Of a stretch of 64,000 nt of DNA, positions 1 through 15,209 are shown piece by piece; position 1 is the stretch's first letter; each line of letters begins with the position of its first letter. This DNA comes from the human T2T-CHM13v2.0 reference genome, Homo sapiens. Location: assembly GCF_009914755.1 (NCBI RefSeq), contig NC_060946.1; one strand, given 5' to 3'. A program made the translations under genes and the position numbers. A model generated the notes under the pieces. That model worked only from the letters and a program-made list of their open reading frames with translations, was not told the origin of the DNA and searched no databases.

Positions 1-154
1 CATGCTTTCAAGTCTCAGCTACTCAAGAGGCTAGGCAGGAGGATCACTTGAACCCAGGAGTTGGAGGCTGTAGTGAGCTATGGTTGTGCCACTGCACTCC
101 AGCCTGGGTGACAGAGCAAGACTCTGTCTCTCTAAAGAACAAAAAAACAAAAAA
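1..154 (+). mobile_element. Alu right arm (AluJ-like), cut by the window edge
   Basis: Alu 3' arm (cacttgaacccaggag...ccagcctgggtgacagagc) followed by an A-rich tail. Confidence 0.9.
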
Positions 155-351
155 CACCTGATATTTTATATAGAAATTCTGAGGCAGGGACATACAACTG
201 CAGGTGTTTCATATTGTTTTAATATTTCATATCAAACATTTATATTAATAAAATATAGGCATGTTCATGTTGACCTAATATTTTGTTGCTATAATATAAA
301 TGTAATAATATCGTAATCAGAGATTTTTATTTTGCTCCTCCTATGTGCTGG

Positions 352-755
352 TGTATTAGTTTTCCAGGGCTGCCATATTAAAAAACCAGAGACTTCTGAA
401 TGGCTTAAACAGAAGAAATGTATTTTCTCACAGTTCTGGAGTTTACAAGTCCAAGATCAAGGTGTTGGCAAGTGTGGTTTCTCCTGAGGTCTCTCTCCTT
501 GGCTTGCAGATAACCACTTTCTCTCTGTGTCCTTACACCATCTTCCCTCTGCGTGTGTGGGCTCCTGTCTGTGTTTCCAGATTTCCTCTAATGACGTTAA
601 CAGTCAGATTGGATTAGAGCCCAACCTAACACCCTTATTTTAAACCTAATCACAACTTTACAGGCCCTATTTTCAAATAATAGTCACCTTTGATGTACTA
701 GGGGGTTAGGGCTTCAATATGTGAATTTGGGGGGAATATATTTCAGTCCATAGCA
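352..755 (-). mobile_element. MaLR solo LTR (MLT1B/C-like)
   Basis: tgtattagtttt...ctcacagttctggag...aagtccaagatcaaggtgttggca...ttcagtccatagca, typical of MLT1. Confidence 0.8.
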
Positions 756-960
756 GCCAGGTACTAGGAAAAGCACTTTAGAATGTTTCTTTTTATCCTC
801 ACAACAGTCTTAGAAGGGAGGCACTGTTATTATGTGCATTTTACAGATAAGGAAAACAAGGCTCAGAGAGGTTAACTCACTTGCAGAAGATCACACAGCT
901 GGTCAACAGTGGAGCCAAGATTTGATCCCAGGCTGTCTTACTCTGGAGCCTGCACTGTGT
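756..960. mobile_element. MIR SINE
   Basis: MIR core: ttttacagataaggaaaacaaggctcagagaggttaa. Confidence 0.8.
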
Positions 961-1499
961 TAGTTTATGTCTTTAATTTGACCTTAATCCTAGGGATACC
1001 TTTTCCACATTCTATTGAATTTACCAAGCTGTCCTCATGCCTCATTTTACTCTGCCCTCTCCCTGTTAAGGCCTAGATTGGAAAAGACCCAGATAGCAGG
1101 GAAGAAAGCCCTTTGCCAGACCCCCTGCTGCCCCAGCTTGCCTGGGCCCCACCTGGCCTGTTTGGCTACCTGCCCAGGGGGGAGTGCCTGGGGCCACCCC
1201 CTTCCAGCTCTGCCCTGACCGCCCCTATTTGCCGAGAGCAGCCTGGGCCCAGTGAAAGCCGCCTTTGTCCTCCAGTTCATTCCTCCTGGAGGGATGACCT
1301 AAGTCTTGTCTTGAGGACAAAGCGGCGGCCTGCCACGTGAGTGCAGGTCAGTCCCAGTAGTCTGCAGAGTCTCCCAGCCTAACTGATGGGAGTGGCAGCC
1401 TTAGTTATGGTTTGCCAAGTTTAGTGTGGTCAGGAAGGCTGCAGAGCCCCCTCTGTGTCCTGAGAGATAATGCCAGTGGCTCCTGTGTGTATAGAACTT

Positions 1500-1773
1500 G
1501 ACAGTGGCTTACGTCTGTAATCCCAGCACTTTGGGAGGCCGAGGCGGGCGGATCACCGAGGTTAGGAGTTCGAAACCACCTGGCCAACATGGTGACACTT
1601 CATCTCTACTAAAAATACAAAAATTAGCCAGGCATGGTGGCGCACGCCTGTAATCCCAGCTACTCAGGAGGCTGAGGCAGGAGAATCGCTTGAATCGGGA
1701 GGTGGAGATTGCGCCAAAGCACTCCAGCCTCAGCGACAGAGCAAGACTCTATCTCAAAAAAAAAAAAAAAAAA
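1500..1773 (+). mobile_element. AluS
   Basis: Dimeric Alu with A tail; small deletion in the right arm. Confidence 0.95.
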
Positions 1774-1874
1774 TTGACAATGTATAAAAGGTATTTTATG
1801 GTTTCTGGTTTATCTGATCCTCCCAGATTCTGCAGGGTGTGCAGGGCAGGGACCTGTTGAAGAAATGCCTCCAG

Positions 1875-2425
1875 GCCAGTTATCAGTTGCCATAACAAAC
1901 GACTCCAAAACAGCAGTGCAAACCAACCACTGTTCATTATGTCCATGGATCCTGTGGGTCAGAAATTAGGCAGGGCTCAGTGAGAGTGTCTGCTGCCTGT
2001 CTGGAGTGTCAGCTGGGAGCCTCGAACAGTTGAGTGATAGAACCATCTAGAGTCTTCTTCACCCATGTGTTTGGTGCATGTGATGGTTCAAAAACCATCT
2101 AGAGTCTTCTTCACCCATGTGTTTGGCACACGTGATGGTTCAAAAACCAGGCTTCCCTGGGACTGTCAACCAGAGCACTGAAACACGGCCACTCCTGGTG
2201 GCGTGGGCTTCCTCACAACATGGCAGCTTAGGGCTCTGGAAGTGAGTGTTGTGGCAAAGAAGGCAAACGCCACACTTCCCTTTATGATGGCTGCAGCCAC
2301 AGGACTTACATAGCGTCACTTCTGTTCTCTGCTGGGCCATGCAGTGACAAGGGGAGGGGACATGGACCCCCTTCTCAGTGGCAGGAGTGGCAGAGAATGT
2401 GTAGCCACATTCAAAATCACTGCAT
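1875..2425. mobile_element. Old MaLR LTR (MLT1F-H-like)
   Basis: ataacaaacgactccaaaac...gggcttcctcacaacatggcagct...gcgtcacttctg MLT1 motifs. Confidence 0.65.
2041..2149. repeat. 52-bp tandem duplication
   Basis: aaccatctagagtcttcttcacccatgtgtttgg...gtgatggttcaaa occurs twice with 3 differences. Confidence 0.95.
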
Positions 2426-2984
2426 CTTGCAGTAGATCAGATGTGCCCAGGTGACATTCACTGAGCACCTACTCTGTGCTGGGCACTGTGCCAGGGACTT
2501 CATGTGGACGCTTTTCTCAGTCCTCTCAGCAGCCGATTCAAAGCCATTGTTTTCCTGGCAGGCATTTGGCCTGGGAGGGCAGAGGAGCCAAGGGGAACCA
2601 ACACTGCTGCTGGCAGTTTGGTGTTGAGTATGCCACAGTCAGAAGACGTGGGCCGATCTTTTTCTCTTCCTCCTCTGAACTTAGAATATTCCTTGAGTTC
2701 TTGAAAATCCTCACTGAGATGTCTGAATCACCTCACTCACCAAACCCTCCCTCTGGTGTATATTTCCAGCAGTTTCTCTCTCCCAGTGTGCTGAGGGGCC
2801 CCCACCTCCCCCCCCATAACCCCCTGTCCGTCCTGCGGCTCTGTAGGAGGGACGTGTTGCCTGCTGCTGGGAGCTTTTGAGGAACCATTGGGTGGGTCCT
2901 CATGGCCCTGACAGGAACCAAATGATGCTCACCCTGTGTGTGTGAGCTGGTGTGTCTATGACTTCCTTCAGATCCAGGCCTGGG

Positions 2985-3885
2985 ATTCATTCCTCTGCCT
3001 CCGCACAGCCTGATAGACAGTAAGTGTCCAATATATGTTGAGTGAAGCAAACTGATAAGTGGTGAAGGAAGGAAGGGAGGAAGGGAGGGAGGGAGGGAGG
3101 AAGGGAGGAAGGCTGTTCAAGAGCAGAGATTCTCTCGTATGCACATCTGTGTCCCTGACACATAGTAGGCACTCAATAAATACTCACTGCACTGGAGGAA
3201 TGAAAGAATGAATGGATGAGTGAGACTCTTTGCAAGCAGAAACAGCCCCTATCTTTGTATCCCTGTCACGTGACACAGTGCCTGACATCCAGGAGTTTCC
3301 ATCAATGAATGTTATGCTGAATGAATGAATGAACCACTGAAGTGAACTCTATCAGTAGTGGCTGTGTCTTGTTTCATATCTATATGCACAGTGCTTAGCA
3401 GAGGGCTGAGTACACAGCAAGTGCTCATTAATCATTTACAGAACTGAATGAAAGAGTGAAAGAAAACAATGAATGCGAAAATGAAACTTTTCATCCTCAG
3501 AGAGCATGTCTTGTTCATCTCTGTCTCTCCACTTCCTAGCTTAAGGTCTTGCACACAGCAGGTGCTCATTAAATGTTAATCTGAATGAGCGAATGAGTGG
3601 GTGAGTGAAAAAGTGGTTCTTGTGGGTAGGGACATGTCTTGCTCATTAGTTTCCCCACTTCCTAGAACAGGGCTTGGCACACAATAGGTGCTGAATAAAT
3701 AAATATGTGTTGAGCTGAACGCAGGAGTGAGTGAGTGCATAAATGAACTTCTTGAGGAGAGGAATGTATCTCGTTCATCTTTTCCCTCAGATCCTAATGC
3801 AGGGCCAGGCATAGAGCAGGTGCTTAGCAAATGCTTCCTGCACTGCCCTGACCTTTGTAGGAGCATCCATCTGTGAATGAATTGA
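2985..3885 (+). repeat. Head-to-tail array of ~7 degenerate LINE2 3'-end units (~110-140 bp period)
   Basis: Recurrent tcttgttcatct...cctagc...(g)cacacagtaggtgctcaataaat...(tgaa)n motif. Confidence 0.75.
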
Positions 3886-4592
3886 GAAGGGAAGCCCAGC
3901 TGGGTGGACCTCGCCCATCTCCATCTGCCCCGTCCCATCCACCCAACCCCACTGCAGACTTTTCCTGTTGTTCGGTCTGCACAGGTGGACAGGAAATCCC
4001 CCAAAGGCCGGCCAGAGAGCTGTTTCCATATTTTCTCCACACCAGGCTGGCTCTGAGTGTGACCAAGGCGCCAGTCCGAATCCCAGCGCCGTCTGGCTGT
4101 GGAACAGTAACCCCCAGGGACCCCTCTTCCTGACCATGTTAGCAGTTCTAAATTTAGAGCCGGCTGAGCAGCTTGCACCAGGCAAGTAAAGCCGGGGAAT
4201 GTTCTACTCACAGCCAGCCTAAAGTTACCATGTTCAGCACTGGCCAGGCCTGTTAACCCCCAAACAGCTGAGCAGTAGGCATGGAGAGAAGAGTTAAGGC
4301 TTTGGGGTGCAACGGAACAGGGTTCAAATCTACCTCTTTGACTTCAAATTTAGAATCCATGACAACAAAAATCACTTATGTGAGCCTCAGTTTTTCTCAT
4401 CTGTAAAATGGGCATAATAAACCTTTATTCTGCCCCTCCCACCCCCCACCCCGCCGCTGCCTCCGGGATCTTATTTACCAACCTCAGCTACATGTCTTGC
4501 TTTTCCAAACTTCTCATGCTGAATCTGCCCACTCTTAGAGATTTAGTTTGGAATCAGTGGATACCCAGAAACAGTTTAAAAAACTGTGTTCC

Positions 4593-4915
4593 TGCTGGGC
4601 ACAGTGGCTCATGCCTGTAATCCCAATACTTCGGGAGGCCGAGGTGGTGGATTACCTGATCTCAGGAGTTCGAGACCAGTCTGGCCAATGTGATGAAACC
4701 CTGTCTCTACTGAAAATACAAAAATTAGGCAGGCATGGTGGCGGGCGCCTATAACCCAGCTACTCAGGAGGCTGAGACAGGAGAGTCACTTGAACCTAGG
4801 AGGCGGAGGTTGCAGTGAGACGAGATCACGCCACTGCACTCCTGCCTGGTAGACAGAGCGAGACTCCTCCATCTCAAAAACCAACCAACCAACCAAACAA
4901 CAACAACAAAAACAA
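4593..4915 (+). mobile_element. AluS with (CCAA)/(CAA) tail
   Basis: Full dimeric Alu. Confidence 0.95.
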
Positions 4916-4944
4916 CTGCGTCACCTTGTTGATTTTGCAGAGCA

Positions 4945-5230
4945 GTGTCTCAGGTCGGGTTCCCAGAAGCAGACTCTGAGGTGGGGATTTGTGTGGATGT
5001 GATTTAGTGACAACAGCTTGAGTCAACGTGGTCCATTCAGGAGCTTTGGCGGGTGAACAGCATCACAAAATAAGTCCTACTTCAGAGCACTGGGGCAGCT
5101 TTTTCTCCACTGCCCACGGTCTGGAGGAGAGGGGGCTGTGAGCCATAGCAGCCAGAGCCCCCAGCACCTGGGGAATGGGCGCCCCAGCCAATAAAGGAGA
5201 TCTGGCAGGGAACCAACAGCATCTACCACC
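4945..5230. mobile_element. ERVL LTR fragment (LTR16-like)
   Basis: ggtcgggttcccagaagcagactctgag... also present at 23345; old LTR-like motif. Confidence 0.5.
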
Positions 5231-5379
5231 TTTAGCGAGGCTTCAGGGTATTGACTCAATTAAATGAGATGCTGGGTATAAATTGGCTAGCATGGAGTAG
5301 TTGGTGCTCTGTGAGTGGTCATTTGGTAAAATGAAAGCTCTTAAGAAGATGGAAGTGGTTTCACTGGTGTTAATGATGT

Positions 5380-5696
<317 letters not shown>

Positions 5697-6200
5697 AATG
5701 TTGTCTTTCATTCCTCAAACACTTACTGAGTACCCACCAGGTGCCAGGCTCTGCAGAAGGGTACAGAGGTGCGGCCACCACATTCCCCACCACTAAGGAA
5801 GGGGTGACAGACACATAAATGGATACACGTGTGATGATGCAGTAACTGGACTGTCTTCACACACTGGAGGGAATTTAAGTCACCTTTTTAGGGACAGAAC
5901 ATTTAATACAAGTGATGAATAAACATTAAAAATAAATAACTTTTTTTTAATTGGAAAAGTAATACACAGACATGTTTAACATTTCCAACAGTGCAAAACA
6001 GTGTTCTAAAGAGAAATTGGTCTCCCTGCCATCACCTCCAATCTGCAGTCCCCTCCTCCGGAAACTGGTGACAGGTTCATGTGTCTCCTTTTGAAAATAT
6101 TCTCTGCGTACATAAGACAATGTCTGTGCCTATATCTGCGTCTGTACCCTCCCATATGTACATATGTACACACACACACACACGTGCACGCACACATGCA

Positions 6201-6879
<679 letters not shown>

Positions 6880-8333
6880 TAACACAATCAGATCTTGCTA
6901 TGCATAGTTATCAATGTCCTGACTTTTCTTTTTCTCATAATGATGAGATTTTTCTATATCAGCATAATAGGTCTATGCCATTCTTTGTTAATGGCTTTAT
7001 ATTCTTCCTTGCACTGTAATTTTTTGAACCAGTTGCCTCTAGACAGACATGTCGGTCATTTCCAGTTGCGTGCACTATAAACAATTCTGCAGTGAACATT
7101 GTTGTGCAGACACCTTTGCGCCCTTGTGTGTTTTGCTGCAGGAGAAATGCCTGGCCGTGGCCTTTCTGGGTCATCTAAAGATTGAACAGGGGTTTTCTAG
7201 GTGGGCTGGGACTGGCAGGGGTGATGGAGCTATGCTCAGGCATAAAGAACGGCGTGTGTAGGTACAGAGGCTAGAAGCTGAGAAGAGGGTGGTGCGCTGT
7301 CAGACATAAACCAGGTCTGCTGTCTGCCTCCTGGCTCCTGGGCTCCAGCCTGATGCTCAAATGCCCCCACCTCTGCCAGGGTTTCACTCCATCTGTGAGG
7401 ATCCAGGGAGTGCGGGCAGCTCCTTAGAAGAAGTCTCTGGCCCACCAGGCTTTTCTTGCTGTCAGGCCTCAGGGTTTGCACTGGAGTGTGCTGAGCTCTG
7501 GAGCCCTTAGCTCTACTGCTATGCCGGTCGAGAGACCGTAATTTCTTTCGTCAGTCCCTGAAGTTCCAGTCTCACCCTGCACGTGGCCGGTGTGGTGAGA
7601 AGCCCACAATGGCAGGCTGTTCTCAGCATCCTCCATCCTCATATTTTGGAGAATTTAGCTGGGACCCCACCCTAAACATGTTCAGGACTCTGGCCTCATT
7701 TGTTATCTGGGTAGCTGTTAGGTTAATCTGTTTCCTCTTCCCTGGCCTTTCCTGCACATTTATTTTGAAAGTTGAAATCTCAAATGTCTCCCAGACTCCC
7801 TCAGTCCTTTAGAACATAGGCAGTCCTTTGGGAAAACCCCACACTCGGAGAACTTTTCTGAGGCCTTGTCGAGAGAAACAGCCAGGGGCTGGCCCCTTCT
7901 GCCTCTGTAAGGCAAGAAGAATGACTAGTTACTGGGTGCTTGCTGCATATCAGACACCACACAAGGCACTTTTTCTGTCATCTCATTGGGTACACGTAGC
8001 ACCTTCATCAAGCAATATTGTTATCATCATTTTATCACAGGCTCAGACATGTGTAGTGACTTGCCCAAGGTCACAAAACCAATGGATGGTGGCTCTGTTA
8101 TCCCACAGGGCTGTCTTTCTGTTCTACTGTGTTTCTCTCCACTATTCCTTATTGGGAATTCCATGCTGTGAATGTTCTTCCATTGGACATCTGTCCTATT
8201 GGACTGCAGGCTCCACAAGGGCAGGGATCCTCATCTGTCTTGGTTCACTGCTGTATCCCTGGAGTCTAGCACAGGGCCTGGAACACAGTAGGCAATCAGT
8301 GAACTCTTCTTAAATGACTGCGTGAATGAGTGA

Positions 8334-8867
<534 letters not shown>

Positions 8868-8935
8868 TGAACATTTCCTTTAGAAATTTCTGCATAGAAA
8901 ACTAAAGCGAGGCGGAACTGCGCTTGAAGATTTCA

Positions 8936-8949
8936 GTTGCCATGGCTAC
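8936..8949. promoter_or_regulatory. RFX X-box
   Basis: GTTGCCATGGCTAC, 13/14 match to the palindrome GTTGCCATGGCAAC, in non-repetitive sequence. Confidence 0.55.
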
Positions 8950-9244
8950 GGGTAATACAGTGAATCATGTTCTCACATGCGTTCTTCCTTGGGCCTTCAA
9001 TTGCTGTATCTCCGTTACAGGATTTTGACTATTAAATGCATTTTATTCAGTAAGGGGTTGAGAGGAGATGCCCGCTGCTGAGCCCCCGCTGACTGAAATG
9101 CTTCAACCAGCAAGGATTTATTGAGCATCTCCTAGGCTCTGGTTCATCAGGGTTCATCTTCATCACCGTCTTGTGGGTGTTGGGGTTACCACCTCTGTTG
9201 TAGAGATGGACAAGTACAGCCCCATAGAGTTTGGCTTGTGTGTG

Positions 9245-9900
9245 TGTTCATTTATTCATCCTTTAGTTTATTTGGTCATTCATTTACTCCTTTGTTTATC
9301 CACTCAACAAATACGTATTGAGTCTTTTCTCTGTGCCCGACGCTGTTATAGTCACCAAGCATCAGAGGGGAATACGAAAAACAATTCCTGCCCTGGCTGA
9401 GTGTGTGTTCTAGTGGGAGAGACAGCTAATATATATGAAAGATAAATAATTCCAAATACAGATAAATGCATGAAGACAAGGAAACAGAATGATGTGACAA
9501 TAAAACAGGTGATGAGACTGGGAGGAAGCGTGACTGGAATAAAATTTGGGTGGAGCCCTGAGGGAAGGAGCCAGCCACGCAGGGATGTGGGGAAGGAGGC
9601 TGCAGGCAGAGGGAACAGCACGTGCAAAGGCCCTGCATTGGGAACAAGCTGAGACAGGTTGAGGCATAGTAAGGCCAATATTGCCAGCCTTCCATTGAGC
9701 AAGTAGGGGAAGCAAGTGGGAGCCTTGTGGGCCAGGGCAGAATATGTAGAGTTTATTCTGGCTGTAGTGGAGAGATGAGGGAGCATTTTTGGTGGAGGCT
9801 AACCTCGTAGGATGGAGAACTGTCAAGCCCAGCCAGGCTGATGTGTGGGGAGTGGACTGGAGGGGCAGGAGGTAAAGCAGGGAGGCCAGCGGCAGTGGGG
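9245..9900 (-). mobile_element. LINE2 fragment
   Basis: cattcatt...caacaaatacgtattgag...tgcaggcagagggaacagcacgtgcaaaggccctg. Confidence 0.75.
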
Positions 9901-10966
9901 ACTTGGGTCCAGTGCTGGGGTGGGATGGGAAGCAAGGAGAAGTGATCGGGTTCAGGCTGTAGTTTCAAATTCAAGCCATGGGAATGGATTGGAAGATCTG
10001 GGGAGAAGAGGAACTACGGAGGGTCCCCAGTGTCTGGCCCGAATAACAGGCGAGTGGTGCCAAATTTTACTGCAACAGGGAAAAGAGTGTGGAGGGAGCA
10101 GCTTTAGATGCAGGGGAGCTGTTGCGAGTTGGTGGGAAGAGATGGCATCAGAGCACAAGAGGAGAGGCTGGCCTGGGCTGTGAGTGTGGCCCCTCGGCCC
10201 CCTGCACTGGAGGGAGTCAGGGTGGCCTCCCAGATGCAGGGAACAGGGAGGGTGAGCTCAAGGTCACCAGCTGAGTATGGATGGGGGAGTTGCAGATTAG
10301 TGGAAAGAGAATTTACTGAGTTTTGGAAGCAGACAGGTTCCTGGGTTTAAGTCCAGCCGGCAAGTGACTATGTTCATTGAGCACTTACTGTGTGCTAGGT
10401 AATCTCTAGGCAGTGTCTCACACAACCCTCACACAAACCCTACAAAGCAATCGCTATTGTTATCCCCATTTACAGATGAGGAGACTGAAACTCAGAGGTG
10501 CAGTAACTTGTCTGAAGTCCACAGCGCATTGGTGGAGGGGCCAGTTTTGAGCAGGCAGCCTAGCTATGCTTCACAGCCTAGGAACCAGATCAGAGGCTCA
10601 GATTTCTCATCTTTCAAGAGGAGAGACAAGACCTTGCAGGGCTGTTAGTGGAATGCCATAAAATAATGGATGGCAACCCCTATAGAGTGCCTAGCACTGT
10701 GCTCAGGCACAATAGGTGCCTAAGGGACAGCCACTCCCTCCCCTGACCTGTTTCTGTCCACTTGGTTTCCATTAAGTGACACTCACTGCTGGCAGTTCAT
10801 TACTGCACAGTGTGTTCAATTGCTTGGAGAAGTCCTTCCTCCAAGGGATCTCATTAAGTCCATTTTGAAATGAGAACACTTGGTGGGGAGCGGGGAGGCA
10901 GTTATTATTATACCCTGAAAATCAGTTGTTTGAGTAAGAATGGAGAGGTACCGGGATCTTCCCTGC

Positions 10967-11205
<239 letters not shown>

Positions 11206-12657
11206 ACAGTGATGCTGGTTTGCAGGCACTTTGCCAGCCCCCGCCTTGCCTCCCAGGACTTCTCACTTTGGGTTAAAGAAGGGAGGGAGGACAGAGAGAT
11301 ATATGGGGCCACCCTGAGGACTGTATAGGTGTCCACATCCAAACACGAAGGCTGCTCCCAACTTAAAGCATCGTTCTTGTTTTCGAAGAAAGCGAACCAT
11401 CAACTCAGACCTTCTTGAGAGAGGAGTTTTTCTGTCAAAGCTCCAAACAGGGCATTTTCTGTTGCCTTCTTGAGACTTGGGATGAATGGTGGTTAAACGG
11501 GAGCAGGGAGGCCCAGTTTAAATGCAGGTGTGGGTCATTTGCCCAGAGCTTGGAGCCCTCCAGAGCTCCCTCCAGAGGGACTGGCGTGTTGTGCTGCGGG
11601 TGGTACATGCAGACCCCCAGGGTGGCTTTGTGGAGTGAATGAATCCGGGATGGAGACCTGAAGGGCCCTTATAGATCATCATGGCAACCCCTCCTTGTTG
11701 GCTGAGAGGACACAGGCCCAGGTCTGTCCAAGGCCCCTCAGCAGGTGGGAGGCAAGCAGGCCCTGGGGTGGGAAGTAAAAGGTGAGAGTGAGAACACCCC
11801 TCAAGAGAACTTGAAGAAGGAGCAGAATGGGACCAGTGAGTTCATTTTAGTGAAGGCTGATGCAGCATAACCCCCGGGCCTTCCTCCAGCAGCCTCTCCA
11901 GGCCTCCTTTTCTTTCTGAAAGGTCTTAGGGAGGTAGGATTAAAGCTCCAGACAGCGTTGTAAGAAAATATGTCATGTGCCTTGAGAAAGGTGATTGTGA
12001 AAATGAACACTTAGGAAGAGGTGTCACCATTACCGTCTGAGCCTGGCCCCAGGAGGTACACATCCGCATTCTCACGACTTTGTGTTTTCATGAGCACAGC
12101 CTGTGTCCTGGGTGGATCTGGGAGCATCAGGAAGCCAGCCCTTCCTTCCTCTCTCTCCCTCCTCCCTCCCTCTGATTCTCGCTGAGCATCATTATTTGCT
12201 ATGTCCACTTGTTTGTTCCCCAGCTCTTTATTGAGTGTTTTAAGGAGTGGGGATACTGTAGTAGACAAAACAGACAGATATGAGTGCGCTGAGTCTGTCT
12301 CAGGTGGTGTTTCTTGAGACATGAGGAAGGCCCCCTCCAGAGTGTATATACAAAAGTTCACCAGCCTTCAGACCAGACAAGCCCAGGTCCAGGCCTCATG
12401 CAGTCATTTCCTAGCTGAGTGACCTTGAGCACAACACCGAACATCTCTGAACCTCAGTTTCCCCCTCTGTAAAATGGCAGAGGTACCATCCAGTTCACTC
12501 TGTGATTCTGGAGATTCTGTGGGGAAAGGTAGGTGTGGTTCTTATGAAAGGCAGGGTGCCGTGCGGTCCAGTCTCTGCACAGACTCACATTCCAGCATCT
12601 GGGAGCAAAAAACAATAAAAATTACAAATGCTATGCATCTCTAAAAGAACATCAAGA

Positions 12658-13072
<415 letters not shown>

Positions 13073-13889
13073 TCATGGTTCTGTTTCCTGATCCTTTTTG
13101 ACTTAGCATGACCTCACCGTTCTGGTTAGCCTTCGGCTTTCTCCTCCCTTGTTTCTGCTCCTGTTCTTCTGTAGCCAAGATAAAAAATTTCTTTGAAGGT
13201 GCAGCACCCAATGGAGGAAGCCTAGGTTTTCTGCTGGGCCTGACAGCAATAGCACTGTCCCTGGGATCAGACGGAGAGGGAGGATTTGGAGCTGCAGAGC
13301 CAGATGTGTTCCCTGCCTGCCGCAGATGGTAGTTGGGGAGCTAAGCTGGGAGTTCTTCCTGTCCTCTCTGTGATGAGTCGGGGAGAAAAAGCCTAGAGCT
13401 CCTGAGGAATTCTGTTGTGTGTCCCCGGCCTTGTCAGATGAGGAGAGACCATCTGCAGGGTACACGGCGAACCTGACACTCGACACACCAACTCTAGCAT
13501 CTCAGAACTCCAAAAAGTGCTTGTGGCTGTTTGGCACAGCCCACACAGGGCCTTGAGGCTCCTTCGCCCCACTGGGGTCAGGGTGGCAGTGGCAGTTACA
13601 GCCGCTTGTCCACGGGCTGTCTCCGAGGGCTGCCTCTCTGTGCCTGTTCACCAAAGTAGCTGAGGAGCCTGGTCTCACTCGTCCTCAGCTACGTAGGAGT
13701 GGACAGAGGTGGTCTTAGCAGTCACTCAAGACACACAAGATCTTGTGGGGCCCCTGGCTTCTCAGGCTTCCATCTTCCCTCCCTGTTGCCCGTCCGCTGG
13801 TCTTTGGGTGTTTCCCATTTGTCTAAGACATTCCCATCCCATGTCCTTTGCCCTCAAAGTTCTGCCTATTACAAGAGCCAACACCATTA

Positions 13890-14570
13890 TTATTTTTTAA
13901 CAGTTCTGAAAAACCCTAATTGACATACAATAAACAACGTTTCAAGTGTACAATCTGATGAGTTTTGACGTATGTGTATTCCCGTGGAACCGTCACGGCA
14001 GTGAAAATAATAAGCACGTTCCACACTCCCTGAGGCCTGCTCCTGCCTCTTTGGAATCCACCCCTCCTTCCATCCTGTCCTCAAGCAACCATGATCTGCT
14101 TTCTGCCACTGTGGATTAGTCTGTGTGTTGTAGACATGCACGTGAACGGAGCCGTGCACTCTGCAGTCTTCTTCATCAGTGTCTCTCACTTAGCATAATT
14201 ATTTTGAGATGTGTTCACGTTGAGGCACATATCAATAACTCGTTCCCTTTATCAGAGCACTTTTCCATTGCATGGATGTGCCAGTGTATTCATCCCTTCT
14301 CTTGTTGACCGGCATTTGAGTTGATTCCAGTTTAGAGCTATTATGAATGAAGCTGCTATGAACATTCCTATACAAGTCTTTGTATGGACAAATGCTCTCG
14401 TTTCTCTTGGGTAAATACCTACAAGTGAGACGGCCTTATCATATGGTAAGTGTATGATAAACTTGTTAAGAAACTGCCAAACCCTGTCAAAGTATTTGTA
14501 GCATTTTGCACTCCCACCCTCAGGGTATGAGAGGCCCAGTTGCTCCACATCCTCACCATTGTCATTTGGT
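13890..14570 (-). mobile_element. Old L1M 3' fragment
   Basis: cttagcataattattttgagat...gctgctatgaacatt...tttctcttgggtaaatacct...gttgctccacatcctcacca. Confidence 0.85.
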
Positions 14571-14684
14571 ACAATGGTGTTGTTTCATCAGTAGAGATGC
14601 TGAAAGTAACAAAGACCCCCATAAAAATGGGTCTGACAATAAGGACGTGTATTACCTCGCACAGTTCACCAGCTGGTATTAGTA

Positions 14685-15209
<525 letters not shown>

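Noticed and set aside
2985-3885. Repeat-spacer periodicity superficially like a CRISPR array
   Set aside because: Eukaryotic DNA; units are degenerate L2 3' ends, not identical repeats with unique spacers; no cas genes
3576-4211. 211-aa minus-strand ORF
   Set aside because: Non-ATG start; half of it runs through the L2 array; no coding features
8942-8957. GCCATGG Kozak with CGG|gtaata donor
   Set aside because: Phase 1 and only 3 codons; better explained as the X-box palindrome
11827-11841. ATG GGA CCA|gtgagt (MGP, phase 0)
   Set aside because: Too short and without promoter context; expected by chance
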